Below the pieces are notes generated by a model. The model was not told where the DNA came from. It was given only the letters and a program-made list of their open reading frames with translations, and did no database searches. A stretch of DNA of 64,000 nt from the NCBI GenBank assembly GCA_902523535.1, contig CABYZQ010000005.1, positions 5,012 through 69,011 on the forward strand, written 5' to 3'. Positions 39,169-47,782 of the stretch are shown in pieces. Made by a program: the position numbers and the translations under genes. Source of the DNA: an uncultured Pelagibacteraceae bacterium. Lineage in GTDB: Bacteria > Pseudomonadota > Alphaproteobacteria > Pelagibacterales > AG-422-B15. Numbering within the stretch: the stretch's first letter is position 1; each line of letters opens with the position of its first letter.

Positions 39169-39699
39169 CTATAGCATTTTTCTCAATATCTTATCCTTTT
39201 GAAAAACATGATGATATATGACGGCACTCAAATGAATAGAAAAAAGAATTAATAGAAAATAAGCTGACAACGCGTGGATTGCATAAAATCTGTCAGCAAG
39301 ATCAAAGTTGTAGTAATCTATTGATACTTTCATAATGATAAAATTGACTTCCTCACCAGATAATAAAAGTTTACCTATGCCACTTATAGTGATGACTAAT
39401 AAAGTCATATAAAAAAGACCATGCACAACTCGAGAGGCAATAATCTGAATTTTGCTAATCGATGCATTATCAATGGGTTTTGTATTAATTGATTTCCATA
39501 TCAATCTTAGAAGAGTTAGGTAAAAAATAGTCATGCCAATGATTATATGAATATTCTCAATGGAGAGTTTGAATTCTGAAAACTCAAGATTATCTAAATA
39601 TATTCCTAAAGGCAGTTGTAACAATAATATAACAAAAGTAATCCAGTGAAAAAAACGTGCAAGTAATCCATAAGAATTAGTGTCATTTGTAATTTTCAT
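39169..39699 (-). CDS. Cytochrome b561 (CybB/YceJ-like)
   Basis: R.FHW, H..IG, R.VH..FY, H..AV..H, IL.KM motifs; 4 TM helices. Confidence 0.88.
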   Translation of the reverse strand: MKITNDTNSYGLLARFFHWITFVILLLQLPLGIYLDNLEFSEFKLSIENIHIIIGMTIFYLTLLRLIWKSINTKPIDNASISKIQIIASRVVHGLFYMTLLVITISGIGKLLLSGEEVNFIIMKVSIDYYNFDLADRFYAIHALSAYFLLILFSIHLSAVIYHHVFQKDKILRKML

Positions 39700-39716
39700 A
39701 TTATATAATTAAGTGC

Positions 39717-40169
39717 ATGATTAATTTTTTCCAGTTTCTTGTCTCCACAATTCTATCGATATTACTCTTAATTGTAATTGCTTTTGCAGACGATCATGGA
39801 AATATTATTAAGGAGAGAAAGTCACTATTTAAGCAGAATTATAGTCATGCTAAGAGAATGAGCGCTGAAATTACGAAAGGGAATAATGAGAAAGTGATTG
39901 AGCTGTCACAAAAGATGAGTGCAAATTATGACAAGCTTTTAGATTTATTTCCGGATAACACCAAAACAGGCTACGATACAGAGGCTTTGCCAACGATATG
40001 GCTACAAAAAGAAGAGTTTAATGCTCTAATGATAGAGACTTCAAATAAAGTAAAAGAGTTTACAGTCCTTGCATCCGAACTTACTGGGGATGAGTTAAAA
40101 GATGCCCAAAAGAAACTAATCTGGTCAAGTTGTAAGACTTGTCACGATAAGTTTAGAATGCCTCATTAA
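39717..40169 (+). CDS. Class II cytochrome c (c'/c556)
   Basis: Signal peptide, T.ALP.IW, C-terminal CKTCH.KFR. Confidence 0.9.
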   Translation: MINFFQFLVSTILSILLLIVIAFADDHGNIIKERKSLFKQNYSHAKRMSAEITKGNNEKVIELSQKMSANYDKLLDLFPDNTKTGYDTEALPTIWLQKEEFNALMIETSNKVKEFTVLASELTGDELKDAQKKLIWSSCKTCHDKFRMPH

Positions 40170-40171
40170 AC

Positions 40172-40606
40172 TTAAGCTACAATTGTCATACTAATTATTC
40201 TTCTTATGCCAGGATCATTGTTTTTATAACGATGTTCAAAAATAAAAACTCCTTGCCATGTTCCCAAATCAAGCTTTTTTTCTTTGATAGGTATATTAAT
40301 GCTTGTATTTGTTAAAGCTGACTTTATGTGGGCTGGCATATCGTCAGGCCCTTCTTCCTTGTGTGCGTAATTTTCTGACTCAGGGACTACACGATCAAAA
40401 AAATCTATTATGTCCTTCAGAACATTTGGGTCAGCATTTTCTTGAATAATAAGTGATGCTGAAGTGTGCTTAATAAATAATGTACACAAACCTTTTGCTA
40501 TTCTGTGCTTTGCAATAGCCTGGTTTATTATTTCAGTGATATTATAAAGCCCTTTGCCATCAATAGTTATTTCGAGTTCTTTTTGGATTAACATTTTAGA
40601 TATCAA
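40172..40606 (-). CDS. yjbQ: UPF0047 / YjbQ family protein
   Basis: HTSASL.IQENADP.V..D, EGPDDMPAHIK, LGTWQG...EHR. Confidence 0.92.
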   Translation of the reverse strand: MISKMLIQKELEITIDGKGLYNITEIINQAIAKHRIAKGLCTLFIKHTSASLIIQENADPNVLKDIIDFFDRVVPESENYAHKEEGPDDMPAHIKSALTNTSINIPIKEKKLDLGTWQGVFIFEHRYKNNDPGIRRIISMTIVA

Positions 40607-40636
40607 TAATTAAGAATTTAAATTAAATTTAAAATA

Positions 40637-42100
40637 ATGATAAATCATAATGAGTCATTTTCAAATATTGGATTGAATCTTAAGGCAACTTATACCCAAT
40701 TGCCTGAGATACTTTTCTCTAAATTAATGCCCATAAGTGTTAAAGACCCCAAAACTGTGGTCCTTAATAACGAATTATCTTTTGAGCTAGGAATAAATTT
40801 TTCAGACTTATCCAGTAAAGACCTCTCTAATTTTTTATCTGGTAACACAATACCCAGTGGGATTGGTCCTTTCGCGCAAGCATACGCTGGTCATCAATTT
40901 GGAAATTTTACAATTCTTGGTGATGGAAGAGCTCTAACCATAGGAGAGCAAAGCACTCCTAAAGGCGAAATTTATGACATTCAGTTTAAAGGATCTGGGA
41001 GAACACCATACTCTAGGGGAGGTGATGGAAGAGCGGCTCTTGGTCCTATGCTTCGTGAATATTTAATTAGTGAAGCTATGTTTCATTTAAATATTCCCAC
41101 CACAAGAAGTCTTGCTGTTGTTGAGACGGGAGAAAAAGTTTTTAGAGAGACACCTTTAAAAGGAGCTATCCTAACAAGAGTTGCAGCTAGTCATGTTAGA
41201 TTTGGTACATTTCAATTCTTAGCAGCTCACAAAGACATTGATGCTATGTCAAAATTACTTGACTACTGCATTAAAAGACACTTCCCAGAAATTTTAGATA
41301 GTTCAAATAAAGTAATTAAATTTATAGAGTTAGTGATGTCAAAACAAATTGATCTAATAGTAAATTGGATGCGGGTTGGATTTGTACACGGTGTTATGAA
41401 TACAGACAATTCAACCATTTATGGAGAAACTATAGACTACGGTCCATGCGCCTTTATGGATCAGTATGATCATAAAGCGGTGTTCAGTTCTATCGATTTT
41501 AAAGGAAGGTACGCCTATGGCAATCAACCTGCGACTATTCATTGGAATTTAATTAGACTTGCTGAAAGCTTGCTTCCTTTAATTGATAAGGATGAGACAA
41601 AATCATTAGAAATTGCCCAGAAAACAATCGACTCTTTCAGTGAAATATTTAACGAAAAATGGCAAATGATGATGAGATCAAAACTTGGAATAACTGATAG
41701 AAGTAGAGAGGATGAAGTTTTAATTAAGGATTTGCTGACATGGATGCAATCAAAAAAACCAGACTTTACTAATACTTTTTGTAATTTGATGGATAGCAAT
41801 CATGCAAAAGATGAAGATTTTGAAGATAATGATTTTGTGATCTGGAAAAAAAATTGGAAAGAAAGGGTCAATAACAATGATTATCTAAATATTATGAAAA
41901 AAACTAATCCCATTCTAATTCCTAGAAATTATTTAGTTGAAGAAGCTTTAGCTGAAGCTGAAATAGAAGGCAAATTCTCTAAATTTAATGAACTACTTGT
42001 AGTTTTGTCAAAGCCATACGAGCAATTAGACATTGATGAAAAATATTCGAAAACTCCTCAAATTCAAGCTGAGCCTTATAAAACTTTCTGCGGAACATAG
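40637..42100 (+). CDS. selO: Protein adenylyltransferase SelO (YdiU)
   Basis: YAGHQFG..LGDGR, KGSG.TPYSR.GDGRA, HGVMNTDN, IDYGP, C-terminal TFCGT. Confidence 0.95.
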   Translation: MINHNESFSNIGLNLKATYTQLPEILFSKLMPISVKDPKTVVLNNELSFELGINFSDLSSKDLSNFLSGNTIPSGIGPFAQAYAGHQFGNFTILGDGRALTIGEQSTPKGEIYDIQFKGSGRTPYSRGGDGRAALGPMLREYLISEAMFHLNIPTTRSLAVVETGEKVFRETPLKGAILTRVAASHVRFGTFQFLAAHKDIDAMSKLLDYCIKRHFPEILDSSNKVIKFIELVMSKQIDLIVNWMRVGFVHGVMNTDNSTIYGETIDYGPCAFMDQYDHKAVFSSIDFKGRYAYGNQPATIHWNLIRLAESLLPLIDKDETKSLEIAQKTIDSFSEIFNEKWQMMMRSKLGITDRSREDEVLIKDLLTWMQSKKPDFTNTFCNLMDSNHAKDEDFEDNDFVIWKKNWKERVNNNDYLNIMKKTNPILIPRNYLVEEALAEAEIEGKFSKFNELLVVLSKPYEQLDIDEKYSKTPQIQAEPYKTFCGT

Positions 42101-42250
42101 ACAAAAATTGCTATAAATTGTTACAATATCGCAAGTAAATAAAATTTGCTTTTTTATTAGATATCACTATAAGATCGACTTAAAGATTGAGTGCTTGTTC
42201 CTGATTGGACTTGAACTAAGTCTAAATTTAAAAAAAGGAATAAGAATAAT

Positions 42251-42457
42251 ATGGCTACTGGTACTGTTAAATGGTTTAATCCAAAAAAAGGTTATGGTTT
42301 TGTTGCACCTGATGAAGGTGACAAAGACATTTTTGTTCATATCACTGCTGTTCAAGCAGCTGGTATCAACAGATTGGATGAAGGCCAAAAAATAAGCTAC
42401 GAAGCTGAAGAAAAAAATGGAAAAGTATCTGCAGTTAATTTGCAGATTTCTGAATAA
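42251..42457 (+). CDS. cspA: Cold-shock protein (CspA family)
   Basis: [20 protein letters not shown]. Confidence 0.95.
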   Translation: MATGTVKWFNPKKGYGFVAPDEGDKDIFVHITAVQAAGINRLDEGQKISYEAEEKNGKVSAVNLQISE

Positions 42458-42459
42458 AT

Positions 42460-42837
42460 CTAAGCAGCTTTATAAATCATATCTAGCCACATAGTGAATT
42501 CGTCTATTAATTCACTTGAGGGCTGGATGATTTTAACTCTTTTATCCTTTGTACTGACTTGAGTTGTAAGTGACCCCTTACTTATTTCATCATTAATGAA
42601 GTTTATTATGGTGGCTCTTGATGCTAAATCAGCCATGTTTTTTGTTAAATATTCTTTAGTGCATTCAATTTTATTTATATCTTCATCGAAATGGAATTTC
42701 ATAATCTCAAAACAAATCCTGATCCCATAAACAGAGCGTCTAAAATGGCTCAATCTTCCAAAGATTTTTTTATCTCCAGCAGAGTCAAAAACCTTAATTT
42801 GCTGATTAACGCCTTTAAAGATGTTTTCTGATTTCAT
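42460..42837 (-). CDS. Hypothetical protein, probable MarR-like winged-helix regulator
   Basis: SRATI..FIND...KG recognition helix and DKRVK wing motif. Confidence 0.55.
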   Translation of the reverse strand: MKSENIFKGVNQQIKVFDSAGDKKIFGRLSHFRRSVYGIRICFEIMKFHFDEDINKIECTKEYLTKNMADLASRATIINFINDEISKGSLTTQVSTKDKRVKIIQPSSELIDEFTMWLDMIYKAA

Positions 42838-42973
42838 TTTCTTTTTCCTTTATTAAACTTGATAATCATATTATTTTTTATAGATAATAATTAACTATAA
42901 TTGGTTGCCATATTGGCGCTTTTATTCGATCGAGACTAATTGGCTGAAAACATACTAATTATTTGTTTCATAT

Positions 42974-43201
42974 ATGAACAAAGATAACTCATCTATAATT
43001 TGGCAGCTTATTCAAGAAACTGGTGATAATCTAAAAGGTAAACTACCAGCACACCCTAACCATCCGAAAGGTCGAAACCCATACGCTCATGTGGCTCTGA
43101 TGGTCAAAAATCATTTTGGAATGTCATATAAAGATGTTTCTGATGATAAAATAGAGGAATTAAAAGAATACCTAAACTATCTGAGAGAGAATCCTGAATG
43201 A
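42974..43201 (+). CDS. Small hypothetical protein
   Basis: Clean 75-aa ORF filling the gap; HP.HP.GRNPYAH motif. Confidence 0.7.
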   Translation: MNKDNSSIIWQLIQETGDNLKGKLPAHPNHPKGRNPYAHVALMVKNHFGMSYKDVSDDKIEELKEYLNYLRENPE

Positions 43202-43205
43202 GTAA

Positions 43206-44063
43206 CTAACTTTTTGGTTTCCACTCTGGCGTACCAAAAAAAGACAAAAGTTTACTTTTAATTCCCTTGGATTTTTTGAAGTCCTTATACATTGAATGCC
43301 AGAACATAAAGGTAATTTTTAGAGGATTGAAGGTATTAACATTTTCTCGAATTCCATACCTAACTTCTTCTTGTTCCGCTGCATAGGTTCCAAATAGTTT
43401 GTCCCATATAATTAAAAGGTTTCCATAATTTTTATCAATATAAACTTCATTACTGCCATGGTGCACTCTGTGATGCGAGGGCGTGATGAATATATATTCA
43501 AGAATACCAAGTTTATTAACCCATTTAGTATGAGTTAGTAATCCGTAAAGGGTAGATACTGCGCCTGCTATAGCAGTTATAATTGGATCAAAACCTATAA
43601 GAGGCATTACTGCAAAAAAGGGAACTTTTGTCAAAGGACCAAACCATGCTTGTCTTAGAGCGACTGTGAAATTCATTTCTTCACTTGAGTGGTGGTTCAT
43701 ATGTACAGCCCATAAAAACCTAATTCTGTGCGAACATCTATGATACCAATAATATATTAGATCGATGACTATAAATGTCATCAACCATACTAACCAAGTG
43801 GGCAAGAGTTCGTTAATTGTAATAAATTTGTATTGATAGAGAAAAAGGGAGAAAAAGAAAATTGAACTCTTGGTCAAAAGTGAAACTGAAACATTGCCAA
43901 ATAATAGGCCAAATCCAGCAAGAGAGTCCTTTAGCTTATAATATCCAAGATTATTTATGGTTGAATATGTCACCTCAGCCGCAATAAGCGTTAGAACTAT
44001 AGGTACACCGTACAAATATATATCTAATTCATTCATATTTATTTCTATTGAAATATATATCAC
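43206..44063 (-). CDS. Sterol desaturase/fatty acid hydroxylase family di-iron enzyme (alkylglycerol monooxygenase-like); true start possibly 44036
   Basis: His boxes HRCSH, HMNHH, HHRVHH; DKNYG..LIIWD.LFGT. Confidence 0.88.
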   Translation of the reverse strand: MIYISIEINMNELDIYLYGVPIVLTLIAAEVTYSTINNLGYYKLKDSLAGFGLLFGNVSVSLLTKSSIFFFSLFLYQYKFITINELLPTWLVWLMTFIVIDLIYYWYHRCSHRIRFLWAVHMNHHSSEEMNFTVALRQAWFGPLTKVPFFAVMPLIGFDPIITAIAGAVSTLYGLLTHTKWVNKLGILEYIFITPSHHRVHHGSNEVYIDKNYGNLLIIWDKLFGTYAAEQEEVRYGIRENVNTFNPLKITFMFWHSMYKDFKKSKGIKSKLLSFFGTPEWKPKS

Positions 44064-44083
44064 TAGATTTAAATGATTAAAGT

Positions 44084-44647
44084 ATGAAAAATATATTTAT
44101 CCTATTATTTGTGACTTTATGCCTTAATTTTGCAGCATTTGCAAAACAGGATGGTGGTGGTAGCTCCGGTGGTCAAGGAAGTTCAGGAGGCAGCTCAGGA
44201 GGCAGTTCTGGAGGTAGCTCCGGTGGTAGTTCAGGCGGTGAGTCTGATGGAACAGGTTATCAAGGATCAACAGGCTATGATGGTGAGTTAAAGAGGATAT
44301 TATTCGAAATTGAAAAAAATGAAAACTATGAAGGAGCTCTTAGAGATCTAGAAGTTTATGTTTACGAAAACCCTCAAAATGCTAATGGGTGGAGCTTAAT
44401 AGGTTTCGCAAGCAGAAAGCTTGGTAAGTATGAAGATTCAGAACTTTATTATAGCACTGGATTAGAAATTGATCCAAATCACGATGATATTTTAGCATAT
44501 CAAGGAGAACTGTTTCTTGAAACGGGTAGATACGAAAAAGCACTTCTTAATCTTGAAAAATTAACTGAGATATGCGTTTTTAATTGTGATGAGAAAAAAG
44601 AATTAAGTGAAGCAATTGCAAAGTATGAAAGTGAAAATAATCTCTAA
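44084..44647 (+). CDS. Secreted TPR protein with Gly/Ser-rich N-terminal linker
   Basis: Signal peptide AFA|K, GGSS repeats, TPR motifs (P.NA..W...G, Y...L.IDP, Y.GEL.L). Confidence 0.82.
   Translation: MKNIFILLFVTLCLNFAAFAKQDGGGSSGGQGSSGGSSGGSSGGSSGGSSGGESDGTGYQGSTGYDGELKRILFEIEKNENYEGALRDLEVYVYENPQNANGWSLIGFASRKLGKYEDSELYYSTGLEIDPNHDDILAYQGELFLETGRYEKALLNLEKLTEICVFNCDEKKELSEAIAKYESENNL
44153..44239 (+). repeat. Degenerate 12-nt in-frame repeat encoding (GGSS)n
   Basis: GGGSSGGQGSSGGSSGGSSGGSSGGSSGG with varied codons. Confidence 0.85.
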
Positions 44648-44699
44648 TAAGTTGATTTCTTCAAAAACCTAATTAAGCTCAAATATTAGGTAAATTATA

Positions 44700-44918
44700 A
44701 TGATTAAGTTTTTAGTATTTTTTGTAATGGGTGCAGCTACTCTGTATTTCATAATACGCGCATTCGTAAACAGTGAACCAGGCAAAGTAGGAAGATTTTT
44801 AAAGGTAATTTTTGTAGCAGCAATTCTTTTTGGAATTATTTATTTTTTATTTAGAGGTAATTTAGGCTTCCTTGCCCCGTTAATAGGTCTCGCTAGAAGA
44901 CTGCTGGTTGGGTTTTAA
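44700..44918 (+). CDS. Small membrane protein
   Basis: 72 aa with 2-3 hydrophobic helices; AGGT upstream; 3 nt before the next gene. Confidence 0.72.
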   Translation: MIKFLVFFVMGAATLYFIIRAFVNSEPGKVGRFLKVIFVAAILFGIIYFLFRGNLGFLAPLIGLARRLLVGF

Positions 44919-44921
44919 AAG

Positions 44922-46583
44922 ATGGAACAATTGTTTAGGAAAATTTCAATAATCATCTTCTTTTTTATTTCATCGATTATTTTCTTTACTTCGTGTGATA
45001 ATGGTTCTGATCAGTCAGCTGCTTTTACAGGTGTTAGGGTTATAGATAATTCTTATTCTCCACCCGTTGTTCGAATAAATCCTGGTGGTAAAGTTCGGTT
45101 TAATAATTGGGGCAACAACCCTCACAATGTTATTGCTGTTGATGAAAGTTGGGGCTCCCTAGCAGAAATTCCTAAAGGGGATTATCTAGATATAAATTAT
45201 GAAAATGAGGGGTTATATAAATATTTATGCTCATTCCATGCTTCACCAGACGGAAAATGGGGCATGGTTGGTTCTGTTGTTGTAGGTGATATAAATTATG
45301 AAGATTATACTAACTTTTCAAAAAAAGATGTGGTTTCTAGATTTACAGGGAATGTTAGGCATGTACCTGATAAATACGAAACTATTCAAGATGCTGTAAA
45401 CGCTTCAAACCCAGGTGATCTTGTTTTAATCAAACCAGGTATTTATTACGAGGAAGTTGTTGTAAATGTTCCTTCAATCACGATAAGGGGTTGGGATAGA
45501 AATACAACAATCATCGATGGGGAGTTTGAAAGAGGTAATGGCATTTTAGTGGCTGGTGTCGATGGAGTAGTTATAGAAAATCTAACTGCAAGAAATGCAT
45601 TACTGAATGGTTTTTATTGGGCGACAGTAAAAGGTTATAGGGGCTCTTATTTAACAGCGTATAATAATGGTGATTATGGTGTATACGCATTTGACGCTGT
45701 CGACGGGGTTTTAGATCATTCTTATGCATCTGGCTCACCAGATGCAGGTTTTTATATTGGTCAATGTTATCCATGTGATGCAATCGTTCATGATGTTATT
45801 TCTGAAAATAATGGACTCGGCTATTCAGGAACAAACTCGGGTGGATCTCTATATATTATAAGTTCAGTATTTAAAAATAATAAAGGTGGATTAGCGCCCA
45901 ATACTTTAGACTCGGAACTTTTACCACCTGAAAGAGAAACTTTTATTATTGGTAATCTTATTGAAAACAATAACAACACAGATGCCCCTGCAACCCAAGC
46001 AACTAACTTATCTCTTGGAAATGGAGTAGTTATTGCAGGAGGTAATAACAATATTATTAAAAATAATGTTATAGCCAATCACGATCTTTATGGTGTTATT
46101 ATAACAGCCACTGCAGATGTGAATTACTGGCCTGCGCATGGCAATCGGGTTGAAAGTAATTTGATTATAAATTCTAAAAGGGCTGATATCGCATCTAGTG
46201 GCCTCTCTAATTTAGGTAACTGTTTTGAAAATAATTATTTCAACACTTCAATTCCACCCGGCTTACAAACACTCAACAAATGCGACTCTTCTTTCTATCC
46301 CTTAAGTGCAGATTTATCGGGTATGTGGTCATCTTTAGCGCGTGTAATTCAGACAAGTGATGGAAACTATGATCAAGGTGATTGGCGTACATTTGAAGCA
46401 CCCACTAACCAACCCAATATGCCCATTATGGATGAATTAATAAGTCTTGATTATAATAAAACATCATTGCCTGTTACAAAAATTTGGAGCTCAGTTAAGC
46501 CTGCAGTTGAGGTTTTTAGTCAATATGATTATGTTTTAGAAGAAATAGAGCTACCACAAGAAGCTAGAAACTATTTGAACTAA
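44922..46583 (+). CDS. Lipoprotein with N-terminal cupredoxin (plastocyanin-like) domain and right-handed parallel beta-helix
   Basis: Lipobox-like FTSC, PHNV and YLCSFH....GMVG copper ligands, TIQ.AV..A.PGD...I.PG.Y.E cap, Asn/Gly-rich PbH1 repeats. Confidence 0.85.
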   Translation: MEQLFRKISIIIFFFISSIIFFTSCDNGSDQSAAFTGVRVIDNSYSPPVVRINPGGKVRFNNWGNNPHNVIAVDESWGSLAEIPKGDYLDINYENEGLYKYLCSFHASPDGKWGMVGSVVVGDINYEDYTNFSKKDVVSRFTGNVRHVPDKYETIQDAVNASNPGDLVLIKPGIYYEEVVVNVPSITIRGWDRNTTIIDGEFERGNGILVAGVDGVVIENLTARNALLNGFYWATVKGYRGSYLTAYNNGDYGVYAFDAVDGVLDHSYASGSPDAGFYIGQCYPCDAIVHDVISENNGLGYSGTNSGGSLYIISSVFKNNKGGLAPNTLDSELLPPERETFIIGNLIENNNNTDAPATQATNLSLGNGVVIAGGNNNIIKNNVIANHDLYGVIITATADVNYWPAHGNRVESNLIINSKRADIASSGLSNLGNCFENNYFNTSIPPGLQTLNKCDSSFYPLSADLSGMWSSLARVIQTSDGNYDQGDWRTFEAPTNQPNMPIMDELISLDYNKTSLPVTKIWSSVKPAVEVFSQYDYVLEEIELPQEARNYLN

Positions 46584-46623
46584 TCCTCTAATTGTTTAAC
46601 CTATAATTAGGAGATAATAATAA

Positions 46624-46944
46624 ATGCCTGGAGTTACTTTTTTTCCGTTAGAGGATGTTCCTTTCTTATCGCTCTTCTTTAATTTTTATGGATATTACCT
46701 TCCAATCTTCTTGTATGCCACTTGGACGGCAACAGCCTTATTTGACTTACACATTGGAAAATATAGAAGTATTCCATCTAAAATAACTTGGACACTTATT
46801 TTAATGTTCATTCCTTTAGTTGGTCCACTTATTTATCATATGTTTGCAGCTAGGGAATTAGATGTTGTTATTAGAGCTACGATGATTTTTGGAGGTATTG
46901 CTGTTATGACAATCGTTTTTCTTTACCTTGGTTTCGCGCTTTAA
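46624..46944 (+). CDS. Small membrane protein with PLDc_N-like segment
   Basis: KI.W..IL.FIPLVGPLIY motif; AGGAG RBS upstream. Confidence 0.75.
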   Translation: MPGVTFFPLEDVPFLSLFFNFYGYYLPIFLYATWTATALFDLHIGKYRSIPSKITWTLILMFIPLVGPLIYHMFAARELDVVIRATMIFGGIAVMTIVFLYLGFAL

Positions 46945-46950
46945 ATAAAA

Positions 46951-47781
46951 GTGAAGTTCGACTCTCGTATAACGCCTATCAGAAGTAATTTAGCTGCTTC
47001 TTCATATAAATATATTGTTAAAAGAGCAAAATATTCTAAAGGTACAAAATATACAGTGGCCTGTTCATTTGCACCCTTATATTCAGACAAAAAATCTAAA
47101 TTAAGTACCCAACTTTTATTTGGAGAAGAGTGTATTGCTTATGAAGTATCCAAGGATTGGTCTTGGGTCCAATCATTAAGGGATCAATATGTTGGATATA
47201 CACCAACAGCTAATCTATCTAGAAAATTATTTAAGCCCACTCACAAAGTAACATCTCTTCGAACTTACATTTACAAAGAGCCTAATATCAAAAGTAAAGC
47301 CCTGTTTCACTTAAGCTTTAATTCAGTTTTAGAAGTAAAAAAGATTAAAGGAAAATTTTCACTCGTCAATGGAGTTGGCTGGTGTCCGACAAGTGATTTA
47401 TCTGCTATTGAACAGGAAGGTTTCAATAGGGTGGAACATGCAAAGCAGTATTTAAATACTCCTTACTTATGGGGAGGTCGAGACTCTTTGGGGGTAGACT
47501 GCTCGGGACTTATTCAAAATTTAGTACAAATTAATAATAAAATCTTTCCAAGAGATACTGATATGCAAGAAATTTTCATAACCAAAGAGATTATGCATGA
47601 AAAAAAACTTAAGGCAGGAGATCTAATTTTTTGGGATGGCCATGTAGCTATGATGATTGATAATAAGAATATCATCCATGCTAATGCTTATCACATGAAA
47701 ACAGCAACAGAGTTATTAAGCGCTGCTAAAAAAAGAATATTCAAAACAAATGGAAAAATAAAAAAAATGGGAAGACTTTAG
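46951..47781 (+). CDS. NlpC/P60 peptidase with SH3-like N-terminus (dipeptidyl-peptidase VI-like)
   Basis: TQLLFGE, PYLWGG, DCSGL, PRD.D.Q, GHV, IIHA; GTG start. Confidence 0.9.
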   Translation: MKFDSRITPIRSNLAASSYKYIVKRAKYSKGTKYTVACSFAPLYSDKKSKLSTQLLFGEECIAYEVSKDWSWVQSLRDQYVGYTPTANLSRKLFKPTHKVTSLRTYIYKEPNIKSKALFHLSFNSVLEVKKIKGKFSLVNGVGWCPTSDLSAIEQEGFNRVEHAKQYLNTPYLWGGRDSLGVDCSGLIQNLVQINNKIFPRDTDMQEIFITKEIMHEKKLKAGDLIFWDGHVAMMIDNKNIIHANAYHMKTATELLSAAKKRIFKTNGKIKKMGRL

Positions 47782-47782
47782 A

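Noticed and set aside
40618-40632. TTAA-N7-TTAA between yjbQ and selO
   Set aside because: Lies in a nearly pure A/T 30-bp spacer where chance matches are expected; no cell-cycle context
42080-42120. Selenocysteine recoding at the SelO C-terminus
   Set aside because: Ends TFCGT with a TGC Cys codon and a TAG stop; no in-frame TGA
42195-42395. 66-aa alternative-frame ORF over cspA
   Set aside because: Overlaps the clear CspA frame and its leader; no motif support
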